The notes beneath the pieces are model-generated. The model saw nothing but the letters and a program-made list of their open reading frames with translations. It did no database searches and was not told where the DNA came from. Positions 37,435 through 50,392 of a DNA stretch of 64,000 bases are shown here, piece by piece. The DNA lies in contig OX597828.1 in NCBI GenBank assembly GCA_951406725.2, positions 74,586,001 through 74,650,000 of the forward strand. The letters are read 5' to 3'. The position numbers were made by a program, and so were the translations under genes. This DNA comes from Octopus vulgaris. Lineage: Eukaryota. How positions within the stretch are numbered: position 1 is the first letter of the stretch; each line of letters opens with the position of its first letter.

Positions 37435-37957
37435 CCGTAAATCCTCGAGTATAATCCGCATTTCCCCCGCAAAATTTAACGGTCAAAATCTCTAGTGCGT
37501 ACTATATACAAGGTTAAAAATGAAAAATATTTTCTAAGTAATGTCCGACTCTTTATTTGCTGTCCGGCAATGTCTATTCAGACGCATTTTGTGAGGTCGG
37601 ACGCGAAAATACCTTAAGCTAAGCCTGAAAGCAATGAAGTCATTAAAGAATCATCCATAACTTGCAGTAAGCAACACTTATTAAAATAAAAGTATTCAGA
37701 ACACAGACTAACATGTAACAAAAACAATTTGCAAACATATTTACATTCCCATATAACAGTTAAGAACATCACCATTATTGTATTACGCATGCGCGGAAGT
37801 GTTTGTTCGACTATGTACTGCTGGCTTAATTACGCACGACTCAAGTTAGAGAAGGGGTCCGTATTATACACAAGGTTAAGGTTTTTCAGACGTACAGCCC
37901 CCTAAAAATCCCTTTGCGTAATAAACTGAAGGGCGGACTATACTCGAGGATTTACGG
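37435..37957. mobile_element. Tc1/mariner/pogo-superfamily MITE with TA TSD
   Basis: TA|CCGTAAATCCTCGAGTATAATCCGC ... GCGGACTATACTCGAGGATTTACGG|TA (24/25 TIR match). Confidence 0.9.
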
Positions 37958-39344
37958 TATGTCGGTTTAAAAGCTTACTGAAGTGTTCTATGGATATGAA
38001 TATATTACAACATAGAATAAAATCACCGAATTCATATGTGCGTGTGAGTGTATAAAAACGATGGGAGACAAAAAATTGAATCGAGACGTACATATTAAAA
38101 TATAAATGCTTAAATATTTATACGGAAATAGATTTATTTAGCACGCACTCGCGCACACTATATATTACATACATACACACATACATGTATGTATATACTT
38201 TAGATGACAGTTATAATTTGTTTTTTAGCTGGATGTGGTAAAAATAGATGGAAAATAATGACAGAATCCAAGATATGGCATGCAAAGTCAGACGCTGAAA
38301 TATGTTTGTCATAAATATTAGGGCAGTATTTTATAATATCTAGGCATTTATAAAATATCTTAGTATAGGACTATAAAAATATTTGGAAATAAATACAAAT
38401 GGCTGCAAAACGTTCAAAAATACAGAATGGTTTCTGCTTCAAAGAAGCCAAAAGAATGTAGAAGGGAGATGGAAATATATGGTAACTAAATGGTTTGGGA
38501 ATCAAAGCGAGAGAAACCTCAGCTGCGAAATCTAGGAATCAAAGTTGAGAACGAGGAATTTTGGATGGCAGTACAAAGTTAAATTCATTCCATCAGAAAC
38601 AACCGACATTTAAAACAAAAGACAACAGAAAGAACTCCATTGCCAGGCAACCAACGCCAGCCTCCAAACACCAAAAAATGGGAGCACGATAAAGAAAAGT
38701 TCACCACAGAATTTTAGGAATGGATGGAATAGTGACTGATGCCTTCTTTTCCCCTTGAACCAAATATGTGATTCTTTGACATCGTTGAAGCGGTTTTATA
38801 GTCCTTTATGTGAAGTAGATGCTGGTGGTGTTGTTTAAAACCCAGGGCAGCTTTGTTGCTGTTGTGAAGATTAAAAGGAAAGATCTATGTCAAAAAAACA
38901 AAAAAAACTGTTCCAAGCACGAACCTCCCCACGTATATTTTGTTTGTCAGATACATCGTGTCTACGAATACATCATCGAATATACCTCGTCTTTTTTGTT
39001 TAATTTTTAGATTTGGCTGCTCTTTCTAGCACAACGAGTGACTACATATGAGGTTCCCTTCACAGGATTTTTGTTGTGTGGTTGTAATTTAATCCCAGTT
39101 CAGCTCCGACAGCGGTCCAGGAATTCATGTACCTAACGTGCCCCGCGCTGTTACAAGGCCCTATTGTATTATTTGCTTGTAAAATTGCCTGTTATTTCGA
39201 GCTGGTCGCGCTGTAATGTGGCGCAAAGTGACGCAGTGTGCATTAAAGGGGTGTCGGGTGGTGTAAGGGTGGTGTGATCATTTGGAAGTGTCATGCAGCT
39301 TACTGCATTGTATAAGTTAACAGATGTATGTGTGTGTGAGTGTT

Positions 39345-39586
39345 CATACACACACACACACACACATATATATATACACACACACGTGCATATACATACA
39401 CACACACACACATATATATATATATACACACACATACATATACATAAATATATATACACATATACGCACATACATATACATACATATACACACATATACA
39501 CACATACATATATATACACATATATATATACAGATATATACATATACACACATATACACTTACACAAATATACATATACACACACA

Positions 39587-39623
<37 letters not shown>

Positions 39624-40294
39624 CTCTACTCAAATACGAGTGAACTGCAGCTCAACAGTTCCACTCAACACTCGAATTCTACAAAGCGAAACTCAGCAGA
39701 CCCCTTTTATAAAAGAAAGGATGTTAGAACTCTTTCAAGAACACAAAGGTGAACGGGGAGGAGGAGAAGGAAATGAGGGCAGGGTAACACAGGTGGACGG
39801 GAGGGGCTGTTTGGGTACGGGTGTTGTTCCAAACTTGCAAAGAATAAAATATTTGACGCGTTTCTCTGACACGTTCTGTCAAACCTAGAAGCGACGAAGG
39901 TGGGTGGGTGGGTGAGTGAGATGTGAGGGTTTGTGAGAGTAGAATGGTTATTTGATGGGGGGGAGGGGGTTCCGCTCGGTGTTGCACCGACACATCGCCA
40001 TGCTTGGTTAGCTACCCCCAATGTTATGGAAGACCGAGACGCACACACCACCCGGCAAGCAATCCAGCTCACCTCTAGCCCAGTAACATACACACATACA
40101 TACATATGTGTGTGTATAAAGATATACACACACTCATTATATGTCATATGTTAACACACACATATACACACACACAACTACATATGTATATACACACACA
40201 CACCTCACACGCTCGCACATAAAGATATATAGATATATACATACATATATATATACACACACAAGCACATTTACCTACATGCACATAGACACAA

Positions 40295-40336
<42 letters not shown>

Positions 40337-40560
40337 TATATACATATATATACGTACACACACACACACAAACCTATATACACATATACATATTCACACT
40401 TATAAATATTACACATACACATTCACATACACACATATACACTGTATGTATATATATATACATATCTATACACACATACACGCACTCGTATATTCGTACA
40501 TGCGTTCATAATTACAAATTTGCATGCATACACACACGTACGTATACACGTGCATACACC
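39345..40560. repeat. Two compound (TA/CA)n low-complexity blocks (39345-39620, 40085-40560)
   Basis: Directly visible. Confidence 0.9.
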
Positions 40561-41178
40561 ACACTGACGGTAGAAGTGTTATTTAAGGGGGATCTGGCTG
40601 CTATTTGTACAGATGCCCCACTCTTTGGCTTGTACGGGCATTCACGTCCACAGATATTACAACCACACTTCGAGGTAGTTTTCATATCTACCTCGAACCC
40701 ACAAGAGTAAGAAAAAGAGAGACAGAGACTGGCAGAAACAAGGAAAATGCCACTTGTATTTGAATACTATGGAAATATTTAAAAAAAACAACTTTTCATT
40801 TAATCTTTCCCAAATTTAATTGTTTTCCATACTTACAGTTGAAAAAGTCTCAATGACTGAAACCGGTACTGAAATGTTTTTTATGATGAGATTATTTTAG
40901 CATTTTCTACGTTGTTTTCCTTATATATATATAACAAGGTTATTTTATTCTACACGAGTAGAAATACAGGAAAAATGGAAGCTGAAAATACACTGAGAAT
41001 AGTTAAATATTTTTTATTAATAAATTTGAAGTTTTAACCGGTTTCACAGCTTATAGATTTTCAAAAAGTTCAAATGGAAAGACGTGGCTTATGTCGCAGC
41101 TGTCTTGCTTCTGACTTGTGTTTGAAGCTTGCCCTATTTTTATGGGGAAGGGGGTCAATGGCTCAGATTAGTACATGT

Positions 41179-41302
41179 TTTGAATAGGATTTGGTTGGTA
41201 GAAGATAGTCACATGACTGGTCTTAGAAATTTTTGTAAGTTCCTACAAAAATTTCTAAGACCAGTCATGTGACTATCTTCTACCAATCAAATCCTATTCA
41301 AA
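41179..41302. repeat. Near-perfect palindrome: 59-bp arms, 6-nt loop
   Basis: 41179-41237 pairs with 41244-41302 with a single G-T mismatch. The loop is agttcc. Confidence 0.95.
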
Positions 41303-41619
41303 TATATACGTAGTTATGTGTTTGTTTATATTTACGTATTTAAATTCATCTCTCTCTCTCTCCCTTGTTTCTTTATGTTTTTCTCTCTCCCCCCACGAAA
41401 CATGGCGTGTTCACTCATTCGCCATTTTGTCTTCGATCTCATTGTTTGTTTAACACGTGACGTCTCGATACGAAACGTTGTAGTAAAAAATCAGAGTTGG
41501 GTAAAATGTTTATAGAATATCTGTAGAGATAACCTTACGAAGTAATGTTAAAAGCACTTCTGACGCGGCTGAACGTGGTATTTACTTGTAAAAACATTTT
41601 ATTTACTTTAGAGTACACA

Positions 41620-41902
41620 AGGGCCAACATTTGATGACCCCCACCTACAACCTTTCCCGAGTAATGAAAAACTTTCATGCGGAATTTGGTATTATGCCGT
41701 TGAAAAAAAAAATCGGAATCGTCGTATGGGGGTAGGGCAGCAGCCCCCTATGTGGGCAAAGGCCAAAATTTGACCCCACTAGCATCTTTTCCAAGTAATG
41801 AAAAACCTTTATGCCAAATTTAGTACAGATTGATCAAGCGGTTTGGCCGTGCATAGAGGAAACACACACACAAACACACTGAATTGTGTTTAAATATATA
41901 GA
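41620..41902 (-). mobile_element. Non-autonomous Helitron-like 5' fragment
   Basis: The minus strand starts A|TCTATATATTTAAAC. Subterminal sequence resembles 28540-28600 (AGCGGTTTGGCCGTG vs AGCCGTTTGGCTGTG). Confidence 0.5.
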
Positions 41903-43509
41903 TTATGGTTACATAACGAAATACCACGTACCTATCAAATCATTAGATGATAAAACTGACCCCGGCGAAACTTAAATTCAACATTAAATGACCTCTAACA
42001 CTCTCCACCACTTTCCGCCTTCGGCAGTAAATTGCCAGAATCGACAGAGTATTGGACAGAAGGCTTGCAAAATTTATTTGCCTTCTTTTACTTTCTGAGT
42101 TCGAATTTCATCGATACCATTTTTGCCTTTTTATCCCTCCGGGGTCTGTAATGCAGCAGTCATACACTGGTATTTATATAATCAACTGCAGCCCCTCCTC
42201 CAAGATCTGTGGATCTATGACAAAGTTTGTTAATATAGAAGCTTTTTCCATTTCGAAAGAAACTTGACAAACTGAAAGAAAATACACACACATTCTCACA
42301 TATACACAAACATTCACATACATTCACACTCATACATTCACGCACAAAGACATTAGCACGCATACATTCACACGCACACGCATACGCACAAACACACACA
42401 GAGCCAAGTTTAGATCCGACGAAGAAGTGCTCAAATGAATTTGAACTTAAATTCCGACTCCTTCCAGGTCAAGACTCGCGATGTCACGGAGTGAAGAGGA
42501 GAGAAATCCAAACCAAGCTGATACAGAGGTAGTCAAGTAGATAACCTATGAATTACACACGCACACACACGCATACACTCAATCACACACACACTTACAC
42601 AAACACACACAAACACACATACACAAGCACACAAACACACACACACACAAACAAAGAAACAATCACACACAAACGCAAACAGACGAACACACATACAAAC
42701 ACACACAAACACGCACACACAAAGAAACACACAGTCGCATAAACACACACACACCCATAAACACACACGCACACCCACCCACAAGCACACACACACACAC
42801 AAACACGCGCATACACACACACGCGCGCGCGTTTGTGTTCCTGTTAATCAAGTGAATGACATAACAATTTGAGCATTATGCCAATGATATCAGATGTGGG
42901 TTACGATATCGAATAAGAAGAAGAAGAACAACAACAACAACATCCAAGTTGATAACATCGTTATCAGTTAACAGATCCTCACCCCTGTCTCCGCGATTTG
43001 TCACTTCGTCACTAAACACCCGACACCCCCTCTGTCCTCCCCGTCTCTGTGGCACCCCGTCACCCTGTCCACTGGGTAGACTCCAATGTAATCTCTTTAT
43101 CAGGAACCTTATCATCGTCAAGATCAACATGGAGTGGTGGTGGTGGTGGTGGTGGTGGTGGTTGAGGTGGTGGGTTTCCTTACGATTGGTTGTCGAAGAG
43201 TTGTTGGCGTTGGTGGCAGTGGTAGTAATTCCTGGTTATGCACGTGAGTTTATGAATGTGTTGTATGAGTATGGAGCAAACAAGGTGAGCGAGTGAGAGT
43301 AAAGATAAGATTATATATATATATTGCTCCCTTGTTCGAAAATATAAGGACACAGATAGTGTGTCGTATAGCCAGTTGGAGACGATGTTTCCTGGAGCTA
43401 AATAGCAGTAACAATCGTCCTAACCAGGACTCCTGCATTATGTTGGCAAATAACTTTTACTCTAGACTACTGTTACCGAATGTCTCTTGTTCAGAGATCT
43501 AGAGATAAT

Positions 43510-43619
<110 letters not shown>

Positions 43620-43812
43620 GTTATTATTTTAATAATATAGGGTAAAATCAATAATAATTTTACCAGGTAGCCAGAGCGGAAATAAAAACCTTATAGATAA
43701 ATTTTACAAAATATTTTATTATTATATACATACCGACCCCTTGTTATAATTATGCATATAATTATAAAATAGTGTGTGTGTGTGTGTGTGTGTGTGTATT
43801 GAAGCTATAGTG

Positions 43813-44131
43813 AAGGCGCATGGTTCAGTGGTTAGAGCGTCGAGGTTTTGAGTTCGAATCCCGGACCGGGCTGCATGTTGTGTTCTGGAGCAAGACACTT
43901 TATTTCCCGTTGCTCCAGTTCACTCAGCTGTAGAAATGAGTTTCGACGTCACAGGTGCTAAGCTGTATCGGCCCCTTTGCTTTCCCTTGGATAACATTGG
44001 TGGCGTGGAGAGGGGCTGCCGGTATGCATGGGCGACTGCTGGTCCTCCATAAACAACCTTGCCCGGACATGTGCCTGGGAGGGTAACTTTCTAGGTGCAA
44101 TCCCACGGTCAGTCATGACCGAAGGGTGGTC
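43813..44131 (+). mobile_element. SINE family C, full length
   Basis: Head GGCGCATGGTTCAGTGGTTAGAGC...GAGTTCGAATCCC and CORE-like GAGCAAGACACTTTATTTCCCGTTGCTCCAGTTCACTCAGCTG. Confidence 0.8.
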
Positions 44132-44134
44132 TCG

Positions 44135-44227
<93 letters not shown>

Positions 44228-44406
44228 TCCAGGGATCGAGAGGTAGGAAGAAAGTTAGCTTCAATCAATCCGTAGTAGATACGAGAAAACAATTTTCAGG
44301 GATAGTAGTGGTTTATTGAGACGAAAGGGTGCAGAGCTGAAAAAAGCTCTTGTTATATTCTTGGGTAGGCAACCAGGGTTGCTGAGTGTGCAAAAAAGAA
44401 TACAAG

Positions 44407-44539
44407 AGTTACGGAATGGAGTATGGGAAATTCGGGCTACTTATGTTTCATAGCGAGTGGAACCTACTTCTCCACTTCTGAGCTTCTACTCGCTATGAAA
44501 CATATGTAGCTCGGATTTCATATACTCCATTCCGTAACT
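44407..44539 (+). repeat. Foldback hairpin, 56-bp arms, ~21-nt loop
   Basis: 44407-44462 pairs with 44484-44539 with 6 differences, 4 of which are G-U-compatible on the plus strand. Confidence 0.9.
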
Positions 44540-44563
44540 TATATGCATGCATGCATACATACA

Positions 44564-44599
<36 letters not shown>

Positions 44600-45062
44600 T
44601 ATGTACACACACACACACACACACATGGGTGGATCTCCGTCGATTTCGATAATGAAAGGTCAGTTGTTTGACCAAATGAATAATCGTTTAAGTGGCTGAG
44701 TACTCTGTAGACATGTTTATTCTTTACGTAATTTTCTGGCACTCAAGCTGACATAGCAAGTGTGATAATGCCAGTGGATTGCACACTGATTCAAAAGGGC
44801 AGACAAGCTTCTTTACAGTTTCCGTCTACCTAAAAATCGATCACGAGATACGGATCGAGCTACAACTATAGAACGCAGTGGAATCGAAACCGATATTTCG
44901 TCGTTATAAAGCATAATTATTTAAATCTAAGATTTAATGTCGCGTTAAAGAAATTGCATGCAAATAAGCAGCACCAGTTCTCTGAAGCTTCTAGATTTGA
45001 CGAGTAAATAAACAGGCTGGTTGCTTGTTTGTCTGGAATTGGTCAAATGGATGTTGACATCT

Positions 45063-45300
45063 CTGACGAGAGCTCAATAAGGTTCGAAAACCGAATAACG
45101 TTGTTCGTCATTTTTTTTTTTCACTCTACAGAGAAACAGGTAAACTTAGCATGTTTATATGTCTACTATTTTGGCTTACATACATATTCGTGAATATGTA
45201 TGCGTCTAGATAGACAGACCGAGAGACAGATGCCGAGAATATTACTGTATACAACAGATACCTGAAGAAGGCCAGAGGGAACAACGGGCGAAACGTTGTG
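45063..45300 (+). ncRNA. Two hammerhead-like motifs (45063-45109, 45262-45297)
   Basis: CTGACGA GAGCT-caataa-GGTTC GAAA...GTC, and CTGAAGA A GGCC...GGGC GAAAC GTT. Stems I/III are imperfect. Confidence 0.45.
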
Positions 45301-45693
45301 ACACTAACAACCAGTAGGAGGACACTAATCTGTGTATATCTGTGTGAAATAATAAGTTCATATCTCAGAAATCCAGACTATATCTCCTTTTCCTGGCTTG
45401 GTTTCGCGAGCGAAGATTTACAGGGGCGGGGTTGAGGGTGGGTGGGCATCTACGTCCGACTGGGGTGTGCTGATACCCAACGAGTCCAGTTGGAGACAGG
45501 CAAGCGTAGCCGCAGAAGGTGGGCCGGCCCAGGTTGGTCTTAGTACCCTTGTGTTTTCCTTCATTTTTCTCTTGTCTGCAACAATGGTCTGGCAGTAGAC
45601 TTCGATAGGAGGCCGTTGGCCAGAGGAGGGTGTGACACCAGGCTTCTAGGCCAGCTACGAGAACTGACCACTGGTGATGATACATACATACGG

Positions 45694-45732
<39 letters not shown>

Positions 45733-45819
45733 CTTCAGAATTGCACATAACACGAAAAACAAAAGACAGACAGATAAAGGAGTAATAAGGTGTATTAGTT
45801 TGACCCTCAGGAAAAAGTG

Positions 45820-45871
<52 letters not shown>

Positions 45872-45872
<1 letters not shown>

Positions 45873-46026
45873 GGCTCAGGAGTGGGTGTGTGATAAGTAG
45901 CTTGTTTACCAACCACATGGTTCCGGGTTCAGTCCCACTGCGTGGCACCTTGGGCAATACTATAGCCTCGGGCCGACCAAAGCCTTGTGAGTGGATTTGG
46001 TAGACGGAAACTGAAAGAAGCCCGTC

Positions 46027-46066
<40 letters not shown>

Positions 46067-46293
46067 GTAAGTGTGTTTGTGTGTCTGTATTTGTCCCCCT
46101 AGCATTGCTTGACAACCGATGCTGGTGTGTTTATGTCCCCGTCACTTAGCGGTTCGGCAAAAGAGACCGATAGAATAAGTACTGGGCTTACAAAATAATA
46201 AGTCCCGGGGTCGAGTTGCTCGATTAAAGGCGGTGCTCCAGCATGGCCGCAGTCAGATGACTGAAACAAGTAAAAGAGTAAAAGAAAAAGAGT

Positions 46294-46300
<7 letters not shown>
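45872..46300 (+). mobile_element. SINE family B, full length
   Basis: Head, internal (TA)n, and tail GGCGGTGCTCCAGCATGGCCGCAGTCAGATGACTGAAACAAGTAAAAGAGTAAAAG. Confidence 0.88.
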
Positions 46301-46341
<41 letters not shown>

Positions 46342-46920
46342 ATACACACTTACCAGAGACAAACAGAAGATGCACTTTGTCAAGCCATTTCGGTACGCGT
46401 GTACGAGAGGGAGGGAGGGAGGGATGCTGCGTTATGGAGGAGTTGGGTGGTGGTGGTGGGGGGGAGGTGTATACCTCAGACATTCTCGAAATACGAAGCA
46501 GATGTCCCTGGCAACAACGTCTTGTGATGCCGCTGTCATAACTTTGGTAATTCTATCACGTTAATGTCATTTCTACCTCTCCACCCCCGACACCACCCCG
46601 GTCCCACCCAACTTTGCCCCCTTCCACCGTACCCCCTTCACTACTACCCTTACCACCTCTCCACCCCCCCTTTACTATTATTATCATCATTCCCTTTACA
46701 AACGCATCTAACATAAACATTGTCGTACCTCCCCCCATTCTTCTTTCTCGTAATTGTTCGTTTTATTAACATTACATTCTTCTGGAATGGTTTATGTTAG
46801 ATGTCTGTGTGTCCACGCGTACTCCACCACCACCACACCACCACCCCCTCAATTACCTTCCCTCACCACTCGCCCTTCCACCCCGATATATGGATCAATG
46901 TAGTTTCGAAAAGATTACAC

Positions 46921-46970
<50 letters not shown>

Positions 46971-47461
46971 GCATATATACAAATTTCCGCGCGAATATCT
47001 CACATATGCGCATGCACAAAGGATAGCTCATGCACAAACCTGCAAACACACGCACACACATACATATTCCTGCACATAAGCACACACACACACATACACA
47101 CACACAAACAAAACCATACATGCTCACGCATTCATAATTACACACACACACACAGAAACCAAATTGTTTGCAACTATTACTTTGATCAATTGTTGTTGTT
47201 GTTGCTGTTTCCGTCGCGACCGTCCCATCATGTTTATGTCAAGGACTACAGTATCCAGCATGTCCTTTATAGTGGTGATCTGACAAATTATGGCTGTTAT
47301 TTCTAGTAGATCGGTGGACCCAGTATAGGCGTATTCGTTGACTTATTGTTGTAAGTGTACCACAAGATGGCACATCTGCGCAGTATTGGAACTCAGCAGC
47401 TACTAGAACGGTATCGACAACAGCAATAAGAAGAATGGCCTAAGCTCAGAGAAATTGCTGT

Positions 47462-47556
47462 GAGCTGAGCTGAGCTGGGCTGGGCTGAGCTGAGCTGGGC
47501 TGGGCTGAGCTGGGCTGAGCTGAGCTGAGCTGGGCTGGGCTGAGCTGGGCTGAGCT
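47462..47556 (+). repeat. Pentamer array (GAGCT/GGGCT) x19
   Basis: Directly visible. Confidence 0.95.
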
Positions 47557-48582
47557 GCTGTGCGGAGTGGGAAAAGCAAATGACGTTTCGGATGTAATCT
47601 TTTCTCGAGAGAGAGGGATTGCAAGAGTGTAAAAAATGGTAATTCTGCTTAGATTGCTAAATTGGGATTGAAACATTAACAGACGTGAAGTAGTAATGTG
47701 GAGGAGAAGATGTGGTGGGGATAGGTGAGGGGAGAAGCCAGTATGGGGTGGTGGTGGTGGTAGTGGTGGTGGTGGTGGTGGTGGTGTCATTAGAATGGAA
47801 GATGTGTGTAGTGAAGGAGATGGTGTGAGTAGGGTGTAAGCTGAACGATGTGAGAGGAAGCCTTCGGAGAAGAAGTAGCCATGAATATTGAAGGAAGACA
47901 CTAGTAATTAAATCGACCCCCGAGTATGACTGGTACTTATTGCCTCTCCACACCCCACTCCACCACGCTGTACTGGAGAAAGGTAATACTGATTGATGCT
48001 AGCTTTCTCTCACATTTTGTTCTTCAAATTTTTAATGCCCACCCCTACTCATATATTAATCATTCTAGCAGTCACTTAGCTATTGTTTATGTTGTTGTAA
48101 ATGTTAAATCCCAGGTCAACGCTGAATGAACAGAGCTATAATTAAAGACGTTCCAGCCTTGACCATTCCGTCATTTTTAAGACGGTCTCCTACTCGATAT
48201 AGTGATAGAGTACGATTTTAAGAAAACTTGGCTGCTATTTCTGCACCACGATGAACTCCCACTTTTTTGTCTTATTGTCTGATCATTACATTATTTATAT
48301 TGCAGCCTTTTTTTGGTATTTGATTCTATTTTTCTACATCAACAAAGATATAATTTATTATTAATGTTGGTAAATACGGTGAGATAATACGTTGCCGAGG
48401 AAACTGGAATAAGGTAGAAACTTTACCAGATTTGTTACCAGTATACGTCGGATGAAACTAGCGAAGGCAAGGATCGAAACCTTTCATATTTAATAAGTTA
48501 AGCCCACACATAAACCAGGCAACGTGCCCTGAATATTCAGCTTGTAGAAATATCAGCCCATATTATAGAGTGTTCTATGATT

Positions 48583-48947
48583 CAGTTCTCTATTTAAGAG
48601 AGGAGGAATTATGTACATTATTTACATTATTTACATTATTTACAGTTGACGGATATTTGTCCTCATCTTGTTTGTTAACACTATATTTTTTGAAGTAATA
48701 AAGATAACCTCTCTTCGATTTCGTTATTTAGTTGATACTTTTTCCAACTGTTGTAATGGATCCTCTCACGGACGAGGGCATGACCTGCCCTTTCCGCTAC
48801 TCTTCTAGCTTTATATGAATCCACTGGGGTCATTATATTCAAGCCAGATGGTATTAGCTTCGAGCCTCTACACCTACACAGGCAAGTTAGATGGTAACAA
48901 CAAACAAGATGAGGACAAATATCCGTCAATTGTAAATAATGTAAATA
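48583..48947 (-). mobile_element. Short Penelope-like element derivative with inverted repeats and 14-bp TSD
   Basis: ORF piece HLTCLCRCRGSKLIPSGLNIMTPVDSYKARRVAERAGHALVRERI resembles PLE ORF N-termini. A ~50-bp inverted repeat lies at 48625-48675 / 48898-48947, and the direct repeat agtgttctatgatt at 48569-48582 and 48948-48961. Confidence 0.75.
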
Positions 48948-50044
48948 AGTGTTCTATGATTATAAAAGCGAAGTCGCGCCAGAATCATCGCAAAGGTTCG
49001 AGAAGATTCAGGAGCTGATAGATGAACACCGTTTTTTTGGGTCCCTGCACGACCTCTGTTTAAAAAAAACTCACTTTGTCATCACTACTCTTCTCCAAGC
49101 ACGTACCCTGAACACAATATCCTCTCGCCGCACAAATATGTAACCGGCCAATTCATAGTCATAAACGAAAGAGCGGGAACACTTCGGAAGCAAGAACAAC
49201 AGGTCCTTTTAAATCGACAAGTTTCTTTGGCTGAAGCTCAACCCTGAGTCATAAGGTTCCTTCAACTTGGATGGTCGAAGCATTATTTCTGCCGTTCACG
49301 CGAAGCTTACCCACTTCTGTTGGTAATGTAATTACAAACTGCCTTCGGTTCGTGCACGTCGCAATAAACTACTGGAAAACCATTACGTAATTCTGTAAAT
49401 ATTATAATAAATTTCAAAAAATCTAATTTCAACAACGTTCGTAGCTGGAACAACATTTATTATGGAACCACACGCAACCAAAACTTAATACCAATCAATA
49501 AATACCCAATTCAAACCACACGACGAAACAAACCAAATCATTTTAATTATCTTCTAACATTTTTCTACCCCTGAGTATTTTTTATCACATTCCCAACGTT
49601 AAATAAACAGAAGAAACTTGAGGGGGAAAGATATAGATAGATAGATAGACAGGTAGATAGATAGATAGATAGATAGAGACAGATAGATAGATAGATAGAT
49701 AGATAACTGGATGGATGGATGGATGGATGAATGGAGAGAGATTGTTGATACAGTATTTAAGACAGTTTCCCTTGAGTTTTGTAAAAATGAGCAAACAAAC
49801 AGTTTCAGATTTACTCAATTGTGTGTGTTTGTGTGTGTTATTGCAATTAAGATTTCGATTATTGGCAAAAATAAAGAAAATAAATGTTTTTTTATTTTTT
49901 TTATTAAAGTACCAGTGGAGGATGGAGGTCGATGAACGTCCTCCCTCAAAATTTCTGGCGTTGCGCCGAGATCAGAATTTTTATTTGAATTAAAGTTTCT
50001 TTAAGAATTCACAAAAAAGACTTCCACCTTCAAACGATTATTCT

Positions 50045-50392
50045 TATTCTTTTACTTGTTTCAGTTATTTGACTGCGGCCATGCTGGAGCACCACCTTTA
50101 GTCGAGCAAATCGACCCCAGGACTTATTTTTTGTAAGCCTAGTAGTTATTCTATCGGTGTCTTTGCCGAACCGCAACGTCAAACGATGTTGTGGGGACAA
50201 ACATACACAAACACACACACACATATTATATATATATATATATATATACGATAGTTACCGTCTACCAAATCCACTCACAAGGCTTTGGTCGGCCCCAGGC
50301 TTTGGTAGAAGACACTTGCCCAAGGTGCCACGCAGTGGGACTCACCCAAGAACCATGTGTTTGGTAAGCAATCTACTTATCACGCAGCCATT
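50045..50392 (-). mobile_element. SINE family B (internally deleted)
   Basis: Family B tail and head. Confidence 0.85.

Noticed and set aside
38400-38730. Purine-rich coding-like stretch, possibly decayed LINE ORF1
   Set aside because: Multiple stops and no diagnostic motif.
43813-43870. tRNA-like sequences at SINE heads (also 25470-25533, 10530-10595)
   Set aside because: A/B boxes are present but there is no full cloverleaf, and they continue into SINE bodies, so they are not tRNA genes.
45455-45510. Possible decayed ribozyme (CCAACGAGTCC-AGTT-GGA) in an RTE-like fragment
   Set aside because: The core and GAAA are both broken, which is insufficient support.
46250-46280. SINE B tail stem followed by GAAAC-AA-GTA looks like half a hammerhead
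   Set aside because: There is no CUGANGA core upstream in any copy. It is better explained as the LINE recognition stem-loop.
49305-49400. Minus-strand acceptor/donor pair suggesting a small exon
   Set aside because: Splice-like motifs occur by chance at this frequency, and there is no coding signal or partner exon.
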